Origin: Candidatus Latescibacterota bacterium
GTDB lineage: Bacteria > Latescibacterota > UBA2968 > GCA-2709665
DNA: 64,000 nucleotides
NCBI GenBank assembly: GCA_965219455.1
Contig: OZ244744.1
Span: forward strand, 480,001 to 544,000
Direction of reading: 5' to 3'
The notes beneath the pieces are model-generated. The model saw only the letters and a program-made list of their open reading frames with translations. It searched no databases and was not told the DNA's origin. The position numbers and the translations under genes were made by a program. Positions 37,985-46,752 of the stretch are shown here, in pieces; within the stretch, counting starts at the first letter, position 1, and the number at the start of each line of letters is the position of its first letter.

Positions 37985-38755
37985 GTGGCAGAGCCTTCTC
38001 TCCAGGATCTCCTGGCCTTCAGCACCCACGCGGCCTGGCAGGCAGGCCGCATTACCCTGCGGCACTTTCAGTCCGGTGTGCACGTTGACAAAAAATCTGA
38101 CAATAGCCCCGTTACCGAAGCCGACCGCGCCTCGGAACGAAGGATCGCCGAGTTGATACAAGGCCGTTTCCCGGACGATGCCGTCGTCGGAGAGGAATTC
38201 GGCGACCGGGCCGGCCGGACCGCCCGTCGGTGGATCATCGACCCGATCGACGGCACCAAGTCCTTCGTGCACGGCGTACCACTCTACGGCGTGATGATCT
38301 GCGTGGAAATCGACGGCGTCCCGTCCGTGGGCGTGGTCAATCTTCCTGCCATGAACGAGATGGTCTGCGCCGCCAGGGGCTCAGGCTGCACCTGGAACGG
38401 CCGGCCGGCAAGCGTATCCGGGGTCTCCCGTCTGGAAGACGCCCTTCTGTGCGCCACCGACTTCGAATCGTTTGCCGAATACGGCAAAGATGGCGCGTAC
38501 CGGAACCTTGCAGAAAAGGTCGCCTACTGCCGGGGATGGGGCGATTGTTACGGTCACATCCTGGTCGCCACGGGCCGTGCGGAAATCATGCTGGACCCCG
38601 TTATGGAGGTGTGGGACTGCGCCGCATTGCAGCCCATTCTGGAGGAAGCGGGAGGCACGTTTACGGACTGGAGTGGAAACCCGACCGTTCGGGGCGGAGA
38701 AGCCATTTCAACCAACGGTGTCCTGTTTGAAGAGGTCCTGCGGAACGTCGCGTAG
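37985..38755 (+). CDS. hisN: Histidinol-phosphatase (inositol monophosphatase family)
   Basis: K.DNSPVTEAD, GEEFG, WIIDPIDGTKSFVHGVP, WGDCYG, WDCAA. Confidence 0.8.
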   Translation: MAEPSLQDLLAFSTHAAWQAGRITLRHFQSGVHVDKKSDNSPVTEADRASERRIAELIQGRFPDDAVVGEEFGDRAGRTARRWIIDPIDGTKSFVHGVPLYGVMICVEIDGVPSVGVVNLPAMNEMVCAARGSGCTWNGRPASVSGVSRLEDALLCATDFESFAEYGKDGAYRNLAEKVAYCRGWGDCYGHILVATGRAEIMLDPVMEVWDCAALQPILEEAGGTFTDWSGNPTVRGGEAISTNGVLFEEVLRNVA

Positions 38756-38824
38756 TGTCCCCTCCCACCTGTCCGAGTTTGCGTCCGGAGCGCATCCCTC
38801 CCGGACAACCCGATCCCGGGTTTC

Positions 38825-40282
38825 TCAATAGTAATACCCCAGCATGATGCACATTTCGTCGTTCTCAGCCGTAAATCCGAATCGAATGGTGAAATCTTTG
38901 TCATCGTTTTCGTGGGTACACTCGAATCTCACCCTTTCTCCTGCCTTGACCTCAAGCGCGGGATTGAACACGAGTGCCACTGGCTCGTCCCACTCCTCGC
39001 TCCGGTAGATCCGTTCGTCGCCCAGGAAGATATCGAACCGCCGGCCGTGGCGATGCATGTGCGAGGACAGCATGACCACGTTGACGTCGCGTTGCAGCGT
39101 CCAGTCGTTACCGGTGGTCACCGTCTGACCCGGCGGAACCCGAATGCCGAAATTGCTGACAAAGATGGGTTTTGTCATCGTTTTGACGCTGTCGGCCGGT
39201 ATGGTATGCAGATTGACGTAAACCTCGCCGATGAGGGTATTCTCACCCGACGTATTCACGAAATGAGAGTTCAGTTCGTACACCGCATCCGCGGGCATCG
39301 GAATCGCGATGCCCTCCGGAAACTCGAACACGGCCTTCGTCGACTGGCTGCCCACGATAAACCGTTTGTTGAAGATCCCGAGAGCCTGCAAAGGATCGGT
39401 CGGGTCCAGGTCTCGAATGCCCGGCGGCGGCGGGTTCTCGTCCGTTGCCCGATAGATGATGAAATGATGGCTTCCCTCCGGCTGCACCACTTCGATTTTG
39501 TTTACCATCAGGTCTTCGGCCGCACCCAGCCGTATCGTCGAAAAAATCTCCCGCTCCGACCGTGGCGCGATCGCAAATGGCCTCAGGTGTAGCTGTACAC
39601 CCCGCGTGGGCGGCGCAGGCGGTTCAAAATAAAACTCCGTCCTGTGCAGCACCCGGTCCAGGTCCGGTGCATTCGCCACCACGCTATCCCGGTGAGCCCC
39701 CGCCGCGATCCAGGCCCGAATCGCGTCGATCGCGACACCGCTCAGACTGGAATACGACCTGGGCATCGGATCGCCGTAGCCTACCCCGGACCCGGACAGC
39801 TTTGTCATTAGAAAACTCTGTTTGGGATCCCCCGCCTTGATCAGCAGCATTCCCTCTTCCCGCGCCGTCGCGTTCTGCGGTATCCGCCCAACCAGTTGGT
39901 CGTATGCCACGTCCGGTTCGAGCGAGAGTCCCGCGGCCGCCCACGCCGAACTGTGGCAGGAACTGCTGATGCAACTTTCGTTGAATATATGGTCCTGTAT
40001 CGCCTCAAACGTCGACCGTTCCCCCCCGACCTCCGTCTCCCCCTCCTCGTGCGTGACCTTGCCGTAGTCCGCCGCGAACCTTAGAAAATCATCGAAATCC
40101 ACCTTGTCGTCGTCGTTCAGATCGAACCGGGCGTTTGTGGACCCGTACGATTTGGCGAACAGAAGGAAATCCGAAAACCCCACCTCTCCGTCCCCGTCAA
40201 AATCCGCTCCCAGGCTGTGAGCGATACCCACAACTGGAATCATCAAGAGAACCATCGTGCCTTTGAACACGCGGCGGCACAT
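38825..40282 (-). CDS. Exported dockerin-like/EF-hand + heme-motif + copper type II ascorbate-dependent monooxygenase-like protein
   Basis: DFDGDGEVGFSDF and DLNDDDKVDFDDF; CISSSCH; SHHF, NSHF, SHMH and DEMC copper ligands. Confidence 0.7.
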   Translation of the reverse strand: MCRRVFKGTMVLLMIPVVGIAHSLGADFDGDGEVGFSDFLLFAKSYGSTNARFDLNDDDKVDFDDFLRFAADYGKVTHEEGETEVGGERSTFEAIQDHIFNESCISSSCHSSAWAAAGLSLEPDVAYDQLVGRIPQNATAREEGMLLIKAGDPKQSFLMTKLSGSGVGYGDPMPRSYSSLSGVAIDAIRAWIAAGAHRDSVVANAPDLDRVLHRTEFYFEPPAPPTRGVQLHLRPFAIAPRSEREIFSTIRLGAAEDLMVNKIEVVQPEGSHHFIIYRATDENPPPPGIRDLDPTDPLQALGIFNKRFIVGSQSTKAVFEFPEGIAIPMPADAVYELNSHFVNTSGENTLIGEVYVNLHTIPADSVKTMTKPIFVSNFGIRVPPGQTVTTGNDWTLQRDVNVVMLSSHMHRHGRRFDIFLGDERIYRSEEWDEPVALVFNPALEVKAGERVRFECTHENDDKDFTIRFGFTAENDEMCIMLGYYY

Positions 40283-40320
40283 ATACCCACCCCCTATCTA
40301 CTGCCTTGATCCACATCAAT

Positions 40321-41082
40321 TCAGCAAGGAGAGTCCATTTCGCCGGCCGTCCTGCCATATTCACGCCGGGCGCGATCCAACGCTTCGGGACTCCCGATAT
40401 CCATCGCCGAACCCTGAATCCTGTGCGCATACACGGGCTCCACCTGACAGAGCCACTCGACAAAGTGCCCCGGCGCATCTGGCGTCCGTCCGCTGTCGAT
40501 GTATTCGTCGAACCGCTTCAGCGTGGATGCCGGGTATACGTAAAAGGCCGCCGAGCCCCACGACGACTCCGGTTTATCGGGTTTTTCCGAAAACCTCACC
40601 ACCCGGTTCCCGGCATCCAGCACCGCAATGCCACGCCTCCTGCGATCCTCCGGATCGTCCACGTGACACACGCAGATGTGCGCCACCGGATTGGCGCGGA
40701 AGTCCGCCACCAGATCCTTCAGACGAAACCGGAGCAGATTGTCCGACCCGCATACCAGTACATCATCGGAAATAGCCCGCGCCCGAATGGCGAACCCGAT
40801 GTCCCCCACCGCGCCCAGCCGATTTTCGTTGGACGTGGTCCCGTCGTCGATCACGTCGATGTCCAGACGGCCGTTCCACCCGGCCGACCACCGCTCGAAA
40901 TGCCCGGCGAACCGCCTGTTGGTTATCAGATAGACCCCATCCAGGCCGGGAACGGACTCGATCTGATCCATCAGATAATCCACGATAGCGCGCCCGCCTA
41001 CCTCGAGGAGACCCTTCGGGAAATTTCTCGTCAGCGGGTACAGCCGGGTGGCGTATCCCGCCGCAATGACGATTGCTTTCAT
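40321..41082 (-). CDS. Sugar-phosphate nucleotidyltransferase
   Basis: MKAIVIAAGYATRLYPLT..PK.LL, EKP, DIGS. Confidence 0.85.
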   Translation of the reverse strand: MKAIVIAAGYATRLYPLTRNFPKGLLEVGGRAIVDYLMDQIESVPGLDGVYLITNRRFAGHFERWSAGWNGRLDIDVIDDGTTSNENRLGAVGDIGFAIRARAISDDVLVCGSDNLLRFRLKDLVADFRANPVAHICVCHVDDPEDRRRRGIAVLDAGNRVVRFSEKPDKPESSWGSAAFYVYPASTLKRFDEYIDSGRTPDAPGHFVEWLCQVEPVYAHRIQGSAMDIGSPEALDRARREYGRTAGEMDSPC

Positions 41083-41381
41083 CTTCTTCCAGGGCGCGCG
41101 TCCGACCACTCAAGGCGCGGACCGCTGACTGTGCGGTACCACTTTGGCACCGCTTGTTGGACAAAGTGTATTGGCCTTCCGAACAGCGCGGCAGTTCCAG
41201 GGCCGAGACAACCCGGCATCGCCATCCCGTTTCTTCGCTGGCGGGGACGAAATCTGCTGACATTTCATCGTAAGTTAATTATATATGGGTCCTATTGCGG
41301 GGGCAAGGGAAATATCCGCAAAAACGCTCGCGCCAATTGGTTCCCGCACTGTACAGGATGCTTCATTCGGGAGAACATGCG

Positions 41382-42215
41382 ATGACGCCTTCCGAGCTTA
41401 CGAACCGCCTGGGACCGCCCTGCCCGGCCCTTGACGTCCACGTCCATCCGCTGGACTGTTTCGGTCTTTACAGGATAGCCGACGCCAGAGAAGACGCGAG
41501 GCTCATTATCGAATCCGCCACGCGTGCCGGGGTGGAAAAGATGTGCCTCTTTTCGCTGTACACCACCTGCCCGAGAGAACCGACGGTTGAGCAGTGCAGG
41601 CAGGCCAATGACTATGCCCTCGCCATGCGCGATCTCGCACCGGACGTTTTCATCCCCTTCTGTTACGTCAATCCGATGTACCCCGCGGAATCCGTTGCCG
41701 AAATCGACCGCTGCATCGAAAGCGAGCGTATGGGGGGCATCAAGTTGTGGGTCGCCCGCCGCGCCACCGATCCGGGTCTGGATCCCATCCTGGAACGCGC
41801 CGTACAATTCGGTGTTCCGGTGTTGCAACATGCGTGGATTAAAACAGACGGCAATCTGGTGGGCGAATCGTTTCCCGCCGACGTGGCCCACCTGGCGCGG
41901 CGCCACCCGAGGGCGAACATCATCATGGCTCACATGAATGGCTGCGGGCTTGCAGGCATGGAAGACGTGGCGGGCTGTCCCAACATCTACGTAGACACCT
42001 CCGGAGGAGACCCGGACAGCGGAATCGTCGAAGCGGCCGTATCAACCATCGGACCTGAGCGCATCGTCTATGGCTCCGACGCCCCGATCCGCCACTTCGG
42101 GGTACAACTCGGCAAGACGCTCGGCACCGATCTTCCGGACACTGTGAAGAAAGAGATCCTGTGGAATAACACAGCCCGCCTTCTGCCGGCGTGGGCCGGA
42201 GTCGAAACCCTCTGA
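41382..42215 (+). CDS. Amidohydrolase_2 family metallohydrolase (paralog A)
   Basis: DVHVH, GIKL, LQH, IMAH, YGSD. Confidence 0.85.
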   Translation: MTPSELTNRLGPPCPALDVHVHPLDCFGLYRIADAREDARLIIESATRAGVEKMCLFSLYTTCPREPTVEQCRQANDYALAMRDLAPDVFIPFCYVNPMYPAESVAEIDRCIESERMGGIKLWVARRATDPGLDPILERAVQFGVPVLQHAWIKTDGNLVGESFPADVAHLARRHPRANIIMAHMNGCGLAGMEDVAGCPNIYVDTSGGDPDSGIVEAAVSTIGPERIVYGSDAPIRHFGVQLGKTLGTDLPDTVKKEILWNNTARLLPAWAGVETL

Positions 42216-42287
42216 CCGATCGTTGCGTACCGGGAGCGTCGGGACCCTCTCGCCTGATATGAATACAATTTACGCACGGAGAACCTT

Positions 42288-43040
42288 ATGATTATCGACA
42301 TCAACGCCTACACCGGACACTGGCCATCCCATCCCGTTGCGGGCGCCCTGGACCGCGTACGCGCTTCCCTCACGGAATACGGCGTGGAACGCATCTGCGT
42401 GTCACCCCTCGACGCCGCGTGGTGCCGCAACCCCCATCGATTCAACGACGACCTCTACGCCGCCTCGGGCGCCACCGACGACGTCTTTCCCGTACCCGTC
42501 CTGGATCCGACCATCGCCACGTGGCGCGACGAACTCGATAGGGCGAGAGCGCAGCCCCGTGTCAGGCTGGTCAAGCTCCTGCCCGCCTATTCCGGATACG
42601 ATATGGACTTCGCGTCCGACCTGTTCACGTCCCTCGCCGGCGCCGGGCTGGGTGTCATCGTCCAGACCCGTCTCGAGGATCCCCGGCGACAGCATCCGCT
42701 CGCCCAGGTACCCGACGTCCCGGCCGCCGAAATCGCGGATGCGGCGAAACGCCACCCCGATCTTCTCGTCATCATCGGCGGCCCCCGCACGGGTGAAATC
42801 AGGGCACTTAAGGACAGGCTTCTTGACCTGCCCAACCTCTACGCGGACGTCTCCCAGTCGGACGGCATGGATGCGGTAAAGGTTCTGGTCGAAGACGGCC
42901 TGAGAGGCAAATTGCTGTTCGGCACTCACGCTCCGCTCTTCATACCATACTCGGCCGTTTCGCGCGTGGTCACCGACCTCTCCGACGACGACGCAGCGGC
43001 CATTCTCGGCGGGAACGCCGAGCGAATCGTCAACTGGTAA
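42288..43040 (+). CDS. Amidohydrolase-fold protein with degenerate metal site
   Basis: DINAY replaces DxHxH; LLFGTH replaces FGSD; ILGGNA terminus. Confidence 0.72.
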   Translation: MIIDINAYTGHWPSHPVAGALDRVRASLTEYGVERICVSPLDAAWCRNPHRFNDDLYAASGATDDVFPVPVLDPTIATWRDELDRARAQPRVRLVKLLPAYSGYDMDFASDLFTSLAGAGLGVIVQTRLEDPRRQHPLAQVPDVPAAEIADAAKRHPDLLVIIGGPRTGEIRALKDRLLDLPNLYADVSQSDGMDAVKVLVEDGLRGKLLFGTHAPLFIPYSAVSRVVTDLSDDDAAAILGGNAERIVNW

Positions 43041-43052
43041 GAGGGTACAGGC

Positions 43053-43889
43053 GTGAACCTATCGACGTTGAGAGACAGGCTGAAACCACCCTGTGACGTC
43101 CTGGACGTGCACGTCCACCCTCTCGGCCCCCGCGCGGCCTCCGTGAAAACCGACGCTCAGAAAATCCTGGAAGCCGCCAAACGTGCCGGGATTACGAAAA
43201 TGTGCATCTTTCTGCTGCATCCCGCATCCGGCGCAGGCAGCAGTCTTCACGAACCCGCCATGCAACACTGCCGGGACGGCAACGACTACAACCTGCGGAT
43301 GCGAGACCGGGCGCCGGAGGCCTTCCTGCCCTTCTGCTACGTCAACCCTGCCTATCCCGATGAGTCCGTCGACGAAATAGACCGCTGCATCATAGACGAG
43401 CGCATGTGCGGCATCAAGCTCTGGGTGGCGCGCCGTGCCACCGACCCCGGCCTGGATCCGATTATGCAACGGGCCGCCGAACTGGACGTCCCCGTTCTGC
43501 AACACGCGTGGGACAAAACCACCGGCAACCTGCCCGGCGAATCCTTTCCCCGGGACGTGGCCGACCTGGCGCGCAGAAACCCCGGCGCGAAAATCATCAT
43601 GGCCCACCTGAACGGATGCGGGCTCAGGGGCATCGAGCACGTCGTGGACTGCCCCAACCTGGTGGTGGACACCGGCGGCGGCGACCCCGAGGCCGGCATC
43701 GTCGAAACCGCCGTGGACGCCCTGGGAGGCGGGCGCGTCGTCTTCGCGTCGGACCTGCCGGTCCGCCTGTTCGGCCAATGCCTTGGAAAGACCCTGGGCG
43801 CCAATCTTCCCGAAAAGACCATGAGAGACATTCTCTGGAACAATGCCGCCGGACTCCTTCCCGAATGGGCCAATGTCAAGCCTTTGTAA
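43053..43889 (+). CDS. Amidohydrolase_2 family metallohydrolase (paralog B)
   Basis: DVHVH, GIKLWVARRATDPGLDPI, IMAH, FASD; close paralog of the 41382 gene. Confidence 0.85.
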   Translation: MNLSTLRDRLKPPCDVLDVHVHPLGPRAASVKTDAQKILEAAKRAGITKMCIFLLHPASGAGSSLHEPAMQHCRDGNDYNLRMRDRAPEAFLPFCYVNPAYPDESVDEIDRCIIDERMCGIKLWVARRATDPGLDPIMQRAAELDVPVLQHAWDKTTGNLPGESFPRDVADLARRNPGAKIIMAHLNGCGLRGIEHVVDCPNLVVDTGGGDPEAGIVETAVDALGGGRVVFASDLPVRLFGQCLGKTLGANLPEKTMRDILWNNAAGLLPEWANVKPL

Positions 43890-43929
43890 GACCCGACCGC
43901 ACGGGTTTATCACCCCTCATCGACAACGT

Positions 43930-43970
43930 CAGGCAGGCGGGAAGACCGCTGGGGGAATTAAGACAGCTTC
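43930..43970 (+). repeat. 41-bp direct repeat of the 6S 3' end/rny upstream region
   Basis: 38/41 identical to 51481-51521. Confidence 0.85.
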
Positions 43971-43988
43971 TTGGATGAAGGGCTTCAC

Positions 43989-44711
43989 GTGCAAAAAAAG
44001 AAAATCCTCATCACAGGCGCTGCCGGAAGAATCGGCCGCGTTCTGCGAGAGGGATTGAAGGACGACTACCGCCTCAGACTTCTATGCCACAACACCGTCC
44101 TGCCGGCCCGCCCCGACGAAGAGGTCCGTATTTCAAGTATTGCGGATATGGACAAAGTGGTTGACGCGGTTGATGGCGTGGACGCCGTTGTCCACATGGC
44201 CGGGAATCCTAACGGAAACGCCTCCTTTGAAGACATCCTTGAGGCCAACATCCGCGGCACGTACACCGTTTACGAAGCAGCCCGCCGGACAGGCGTCGAC
44301 CGCGTCGTGTTTGCCAGCAGCAACCACGTAACGGGATACTACGAAAAAAAAGGCATCGGCACCACGACCGAGGTGAACGCGCGGCCGGACAGTTTCTATG
44401 GTGCCAGCAAAGCCTACGGAGAAGACCTGGGCCGGTACTACGCGGACGCCTTCGGACTTTCGGTTATCTGTCTGCGCATCGGCTCCTTTCAGCCCGCTGA
44501 CTCGGTCATCAACCGTACGAGCGACCGGATCCTCGCCTCCTGGCTCAGCCACCGTGACACCGTTCAACTCGTGCGGCGCAGCATCGAAACCAATATACAT
44601 TTTGGAATCTACTACGGCATATCGAACAATACACGCGCATACTGGGACCTCCGAAACGCCCGCGAGGAACTCGGTTACGCCCCCGAAGACGACGCCGAGA
44701 CCTACGCCTGA
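43989..44711 (+). CDS. NAD-dependent epimerase/dehydratase (uronate dehydrogenase-like)
   Basis: ITGAAGRIG, ASSNH, RPDSFYGASK, LRIGS, WLSHRD. Confidence 0.85.
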   Translation: MQKKKILITGAAGRIGRVLREGLKDDYRLRLLCHNTVLPARPDEEVRISSIADMDKVVDAVDGVDAVVHMAGNPNGNASFEDILEANIRGTYTVYEAARRTGVDRVVFASSNHVTGYYEKKGIGTTTEVNARPDSFYGASKAYGEDLGRYYADAFGLSVICLRIGSFQPADSVINRTSDRILASWLSHRDTVQLVRRSIETNIHFGIYYGISNNTRAYWDLRNAREELGYAPEDDAETYA

Positions 44712-44757
44712 CGGCCGGATCCGAAGCGGCCATTTCCATCCCGGGGCGCCGCCGAAT

Positions 44758-45438
44758 TCAAAAATACCGTAACGCGTCCGTCAGTCCGGCGAGGACGAAA
44801 TCGGCGGCGCCGTGGTGCTGACGCGCGGTGAAGAAATTCGGCACTGCAAACACGGTCATCGCGGCGGCTTTGCCGGCTCTGACGCCCGCCTCGCTATCTT
44901 CGATTACCGCACATCGCTCCGGGTCGACTTTCAATTTCCCGGCCGCCATCAGGTAGATATCCGGCGCCGGTTTCAGCCGTTCCACGTCGCTGCCCGACAG
45001 CATGACGTCAAACACCTCGGCCAGGTCGCTCACGGCATCCATTCTGGATAACAAGCCGCTGCTCAGTGTCTTCATCATCCGGCCGCGCTGCGTAGACGAG
45101 GCCACGGCGAGCGGGTAGCCGCCAGACCGGACGTGCGCCAGCAGTTCCTCGAATCCCGGCATCAACATCACCCGGTCGGAATCCAGGATCGCTTCCTCGA
45201 ATCGACCCATCCAGATCTCTCGGAAAACGGCGGGCGTCACATCCAATCCGAATCTTTCGACGGCGTACGCGCTGTTTTCTTCCACCGGATGGCCCACGCA
45301 AACCGCATAATCGATCCGGCTTATCCCTGCGCCGTAATCCTCCAGCGTCCGGTTGAACGTCTGGCAGTACACCGCCTCGGAATCCACAATCACACCGTCC
45401 ATATCGAATATCACCGCATCATATGTCCGATCTGCCAC
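44758..45438 (-). CDS. HAD-superfamily phosphatase (beta-PGM-like)
   Basis: FDMDGVIVDSE, VASS, KPAPDIY, IEDS..G. Confidence 0.88.
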   Translation of the reverse strand: MADRTYDAVIFDMDGVIVDSEAVYCQTFNRTLEDYGAGISRIDYAVCVGHPVEENSAYAVERFGLDVTPAVFREIWMGRFEEAILDSDRVMLMPGFEELLAHVRSGGYPLAVASSTQRGRMMKTLSSGLLSRMDAVSDLAEVFDVMLSGSDVERLKPAPDIYLMAAGKLKVDPERCAVIEDSEAGVRAGKAAAMTVFAVPNFFTARQHHGAADFVLAGLTDALRYF

Positions 45439-45715
45439 GCATTGACCCTTTAAGTACGCCGCGAACCGCAACGCTCCGGAAAGAATCCTGATCGACGCGC
45501 CCGCGGGAACGACGGACGCCGGGCGATTTCGTCACAAAAAAAACGGAGCGTCTCCCGGTGGATGCCCCGAACGGTCGACAATATTGATAGCGTATTGGCC
45601 GATGTCAAGGATTTTCCTTGTCTATTTTCCCTATTTTCCATTAGTTCTCTCTTGTCGGACACAACCCCATCACGCCGATCGCCCGGAGCCTGTCTTGTCA
45701 CCCAGAGATCCCGAT

Positions 45716-46348
45716 ATGCTGGAAGGCGTCCCTCCCGCGCCAGCCGACCGGATGCCGCTCTGGCGCGAAGAAGGCCAGACGCTGCAGATTAACGAGATCT
45801 TCTACTCTATCGAAGGAGAGGGACTGCGCGTCGGCCAGCCCACCACTTTCGTACGCCTGGCCAGATGCAACCTGCGCTGCTTCTTCTGTGACACCGAATT
45901 CGATACGCATACCGAACTCGATATTGGCGGAATTCTGGCCGAAGTCAGCCGCCACACCGCCTCATGGGTCTGCCTGACGGGAGGCGAACCCCTCGGCCAG
46001 AACATTGGGCCGCTCTGCCGGGAACTCCGAACCGAGCACTACCGCATCCATATCGAAACCAACGGCGCCACCGAGCCGGATCCCGACCTTTACGACCTCA
46101 TCGAGCACTGGACAGTCTCCCCCAAGAGAAAAACCATTGCAAGCGGTCTCAAGAACATCACCGAACTCAAATACGTGGTCGGAAAAAACTTCCACGAAAG
46201 CATCGTGGAAGAAGGCCGAGCCGAATATGTCTACCTCCAACCCGAGTCGAGCAAGCCCGAGTATCTGAGCAAGACCCTCGACATCCTTAAACGCCACCCT
46301 GCATGGCGCCTGTCCTGTCGGATCCACAAGATGCTCGGCCTCCCGTAA
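45716..46348 (+). CDS. queE: 7-carboxy-7-deazaguanine synthase (radical SAM)
   Basis: EIFYSIEGEG, FVRLARCNLRCFFCDT, TGGEP, IETNG, VSPK, YLQP, HK. Confidence 0.85.
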   Translation: MLEGVPPAPADRMPLWREEGQTLQINEIFYSIEGEGLRVGQPTTFVRLARCNLRCFFCDTEFDTHTELDIGGILAEVSRHTASWVCLTGGEPLGQNIGPLCRELRTEHYRIHIETNGATEPDPDLYDLIEHWTVSPKRKTIASGLKNITELKYVVGKNFHESIVEEGRAEYVYLQPESSKPEYLSKTLDILKRHPAWRLSCRIHKMLGLP

Positions 46349-46477
46349 CGATGCCGCACGCATGCCCGAAAGAGCGTTGGCCGAATGCACAAACGGGAAA
46401 AAATGGACCCGTCACCGGAGGCATTTTCCGCGAGAAGAATCTGCGCCGAATTGCGCTTCCGTAGCAGGAGTTTTCCC

Positions 46478-46506
46478 TTGACAATCCGTTCCGGTTAATT
46501 TAAATT
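46478..46506 (+). promoter_or_regulatory. Sigma70 promoter upstream of thrS leader
   Basis: TTGACA-N17-TAAATT. Confidence 0.6.
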
Positions 46507-46598
46507 TGTTGGATGTCATAAGTATATGCCCACCAACCTACTTGCGGAGGAGTGTCAACGGAAAGGATCGTTTGTCACCTGGTGCTTTGCAGAATACG

Positions 46599-46629
46599 AC
46601 GCGCAAGTAGACAGGTCGCGCGTTTTTTT
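46599..46629 (+). terminator. Terminator/attenuator in thrS leader
   Basis: ACGCGC-loop-GCGCGT followed by a T run; 5' arm overlaps CGCAAGTAG, which is complementary to upstream CTACTTGCG. Confidence 0.55.
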
Positions 46630-46752
46630 ATTATGCGAAAGAGAGGCCGCACGCCCACGGTCGCGGCGGCCCTGGCAAAGCAGCGATCCCACTTCTTAAA
46701 AAAACATACATCGATTGATTGTTATTGACGTTTCCGCCGATACGTCTCGTTA

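Noticed and set aside
45716-46348. queE as part of a 7-deazaguanine DNA-modification (dpd) island
   Set aside because: It stands alone next to housekeeping genes with no dpdA, queC or queD in the window; ordinary queuosine synthesis is more likely.
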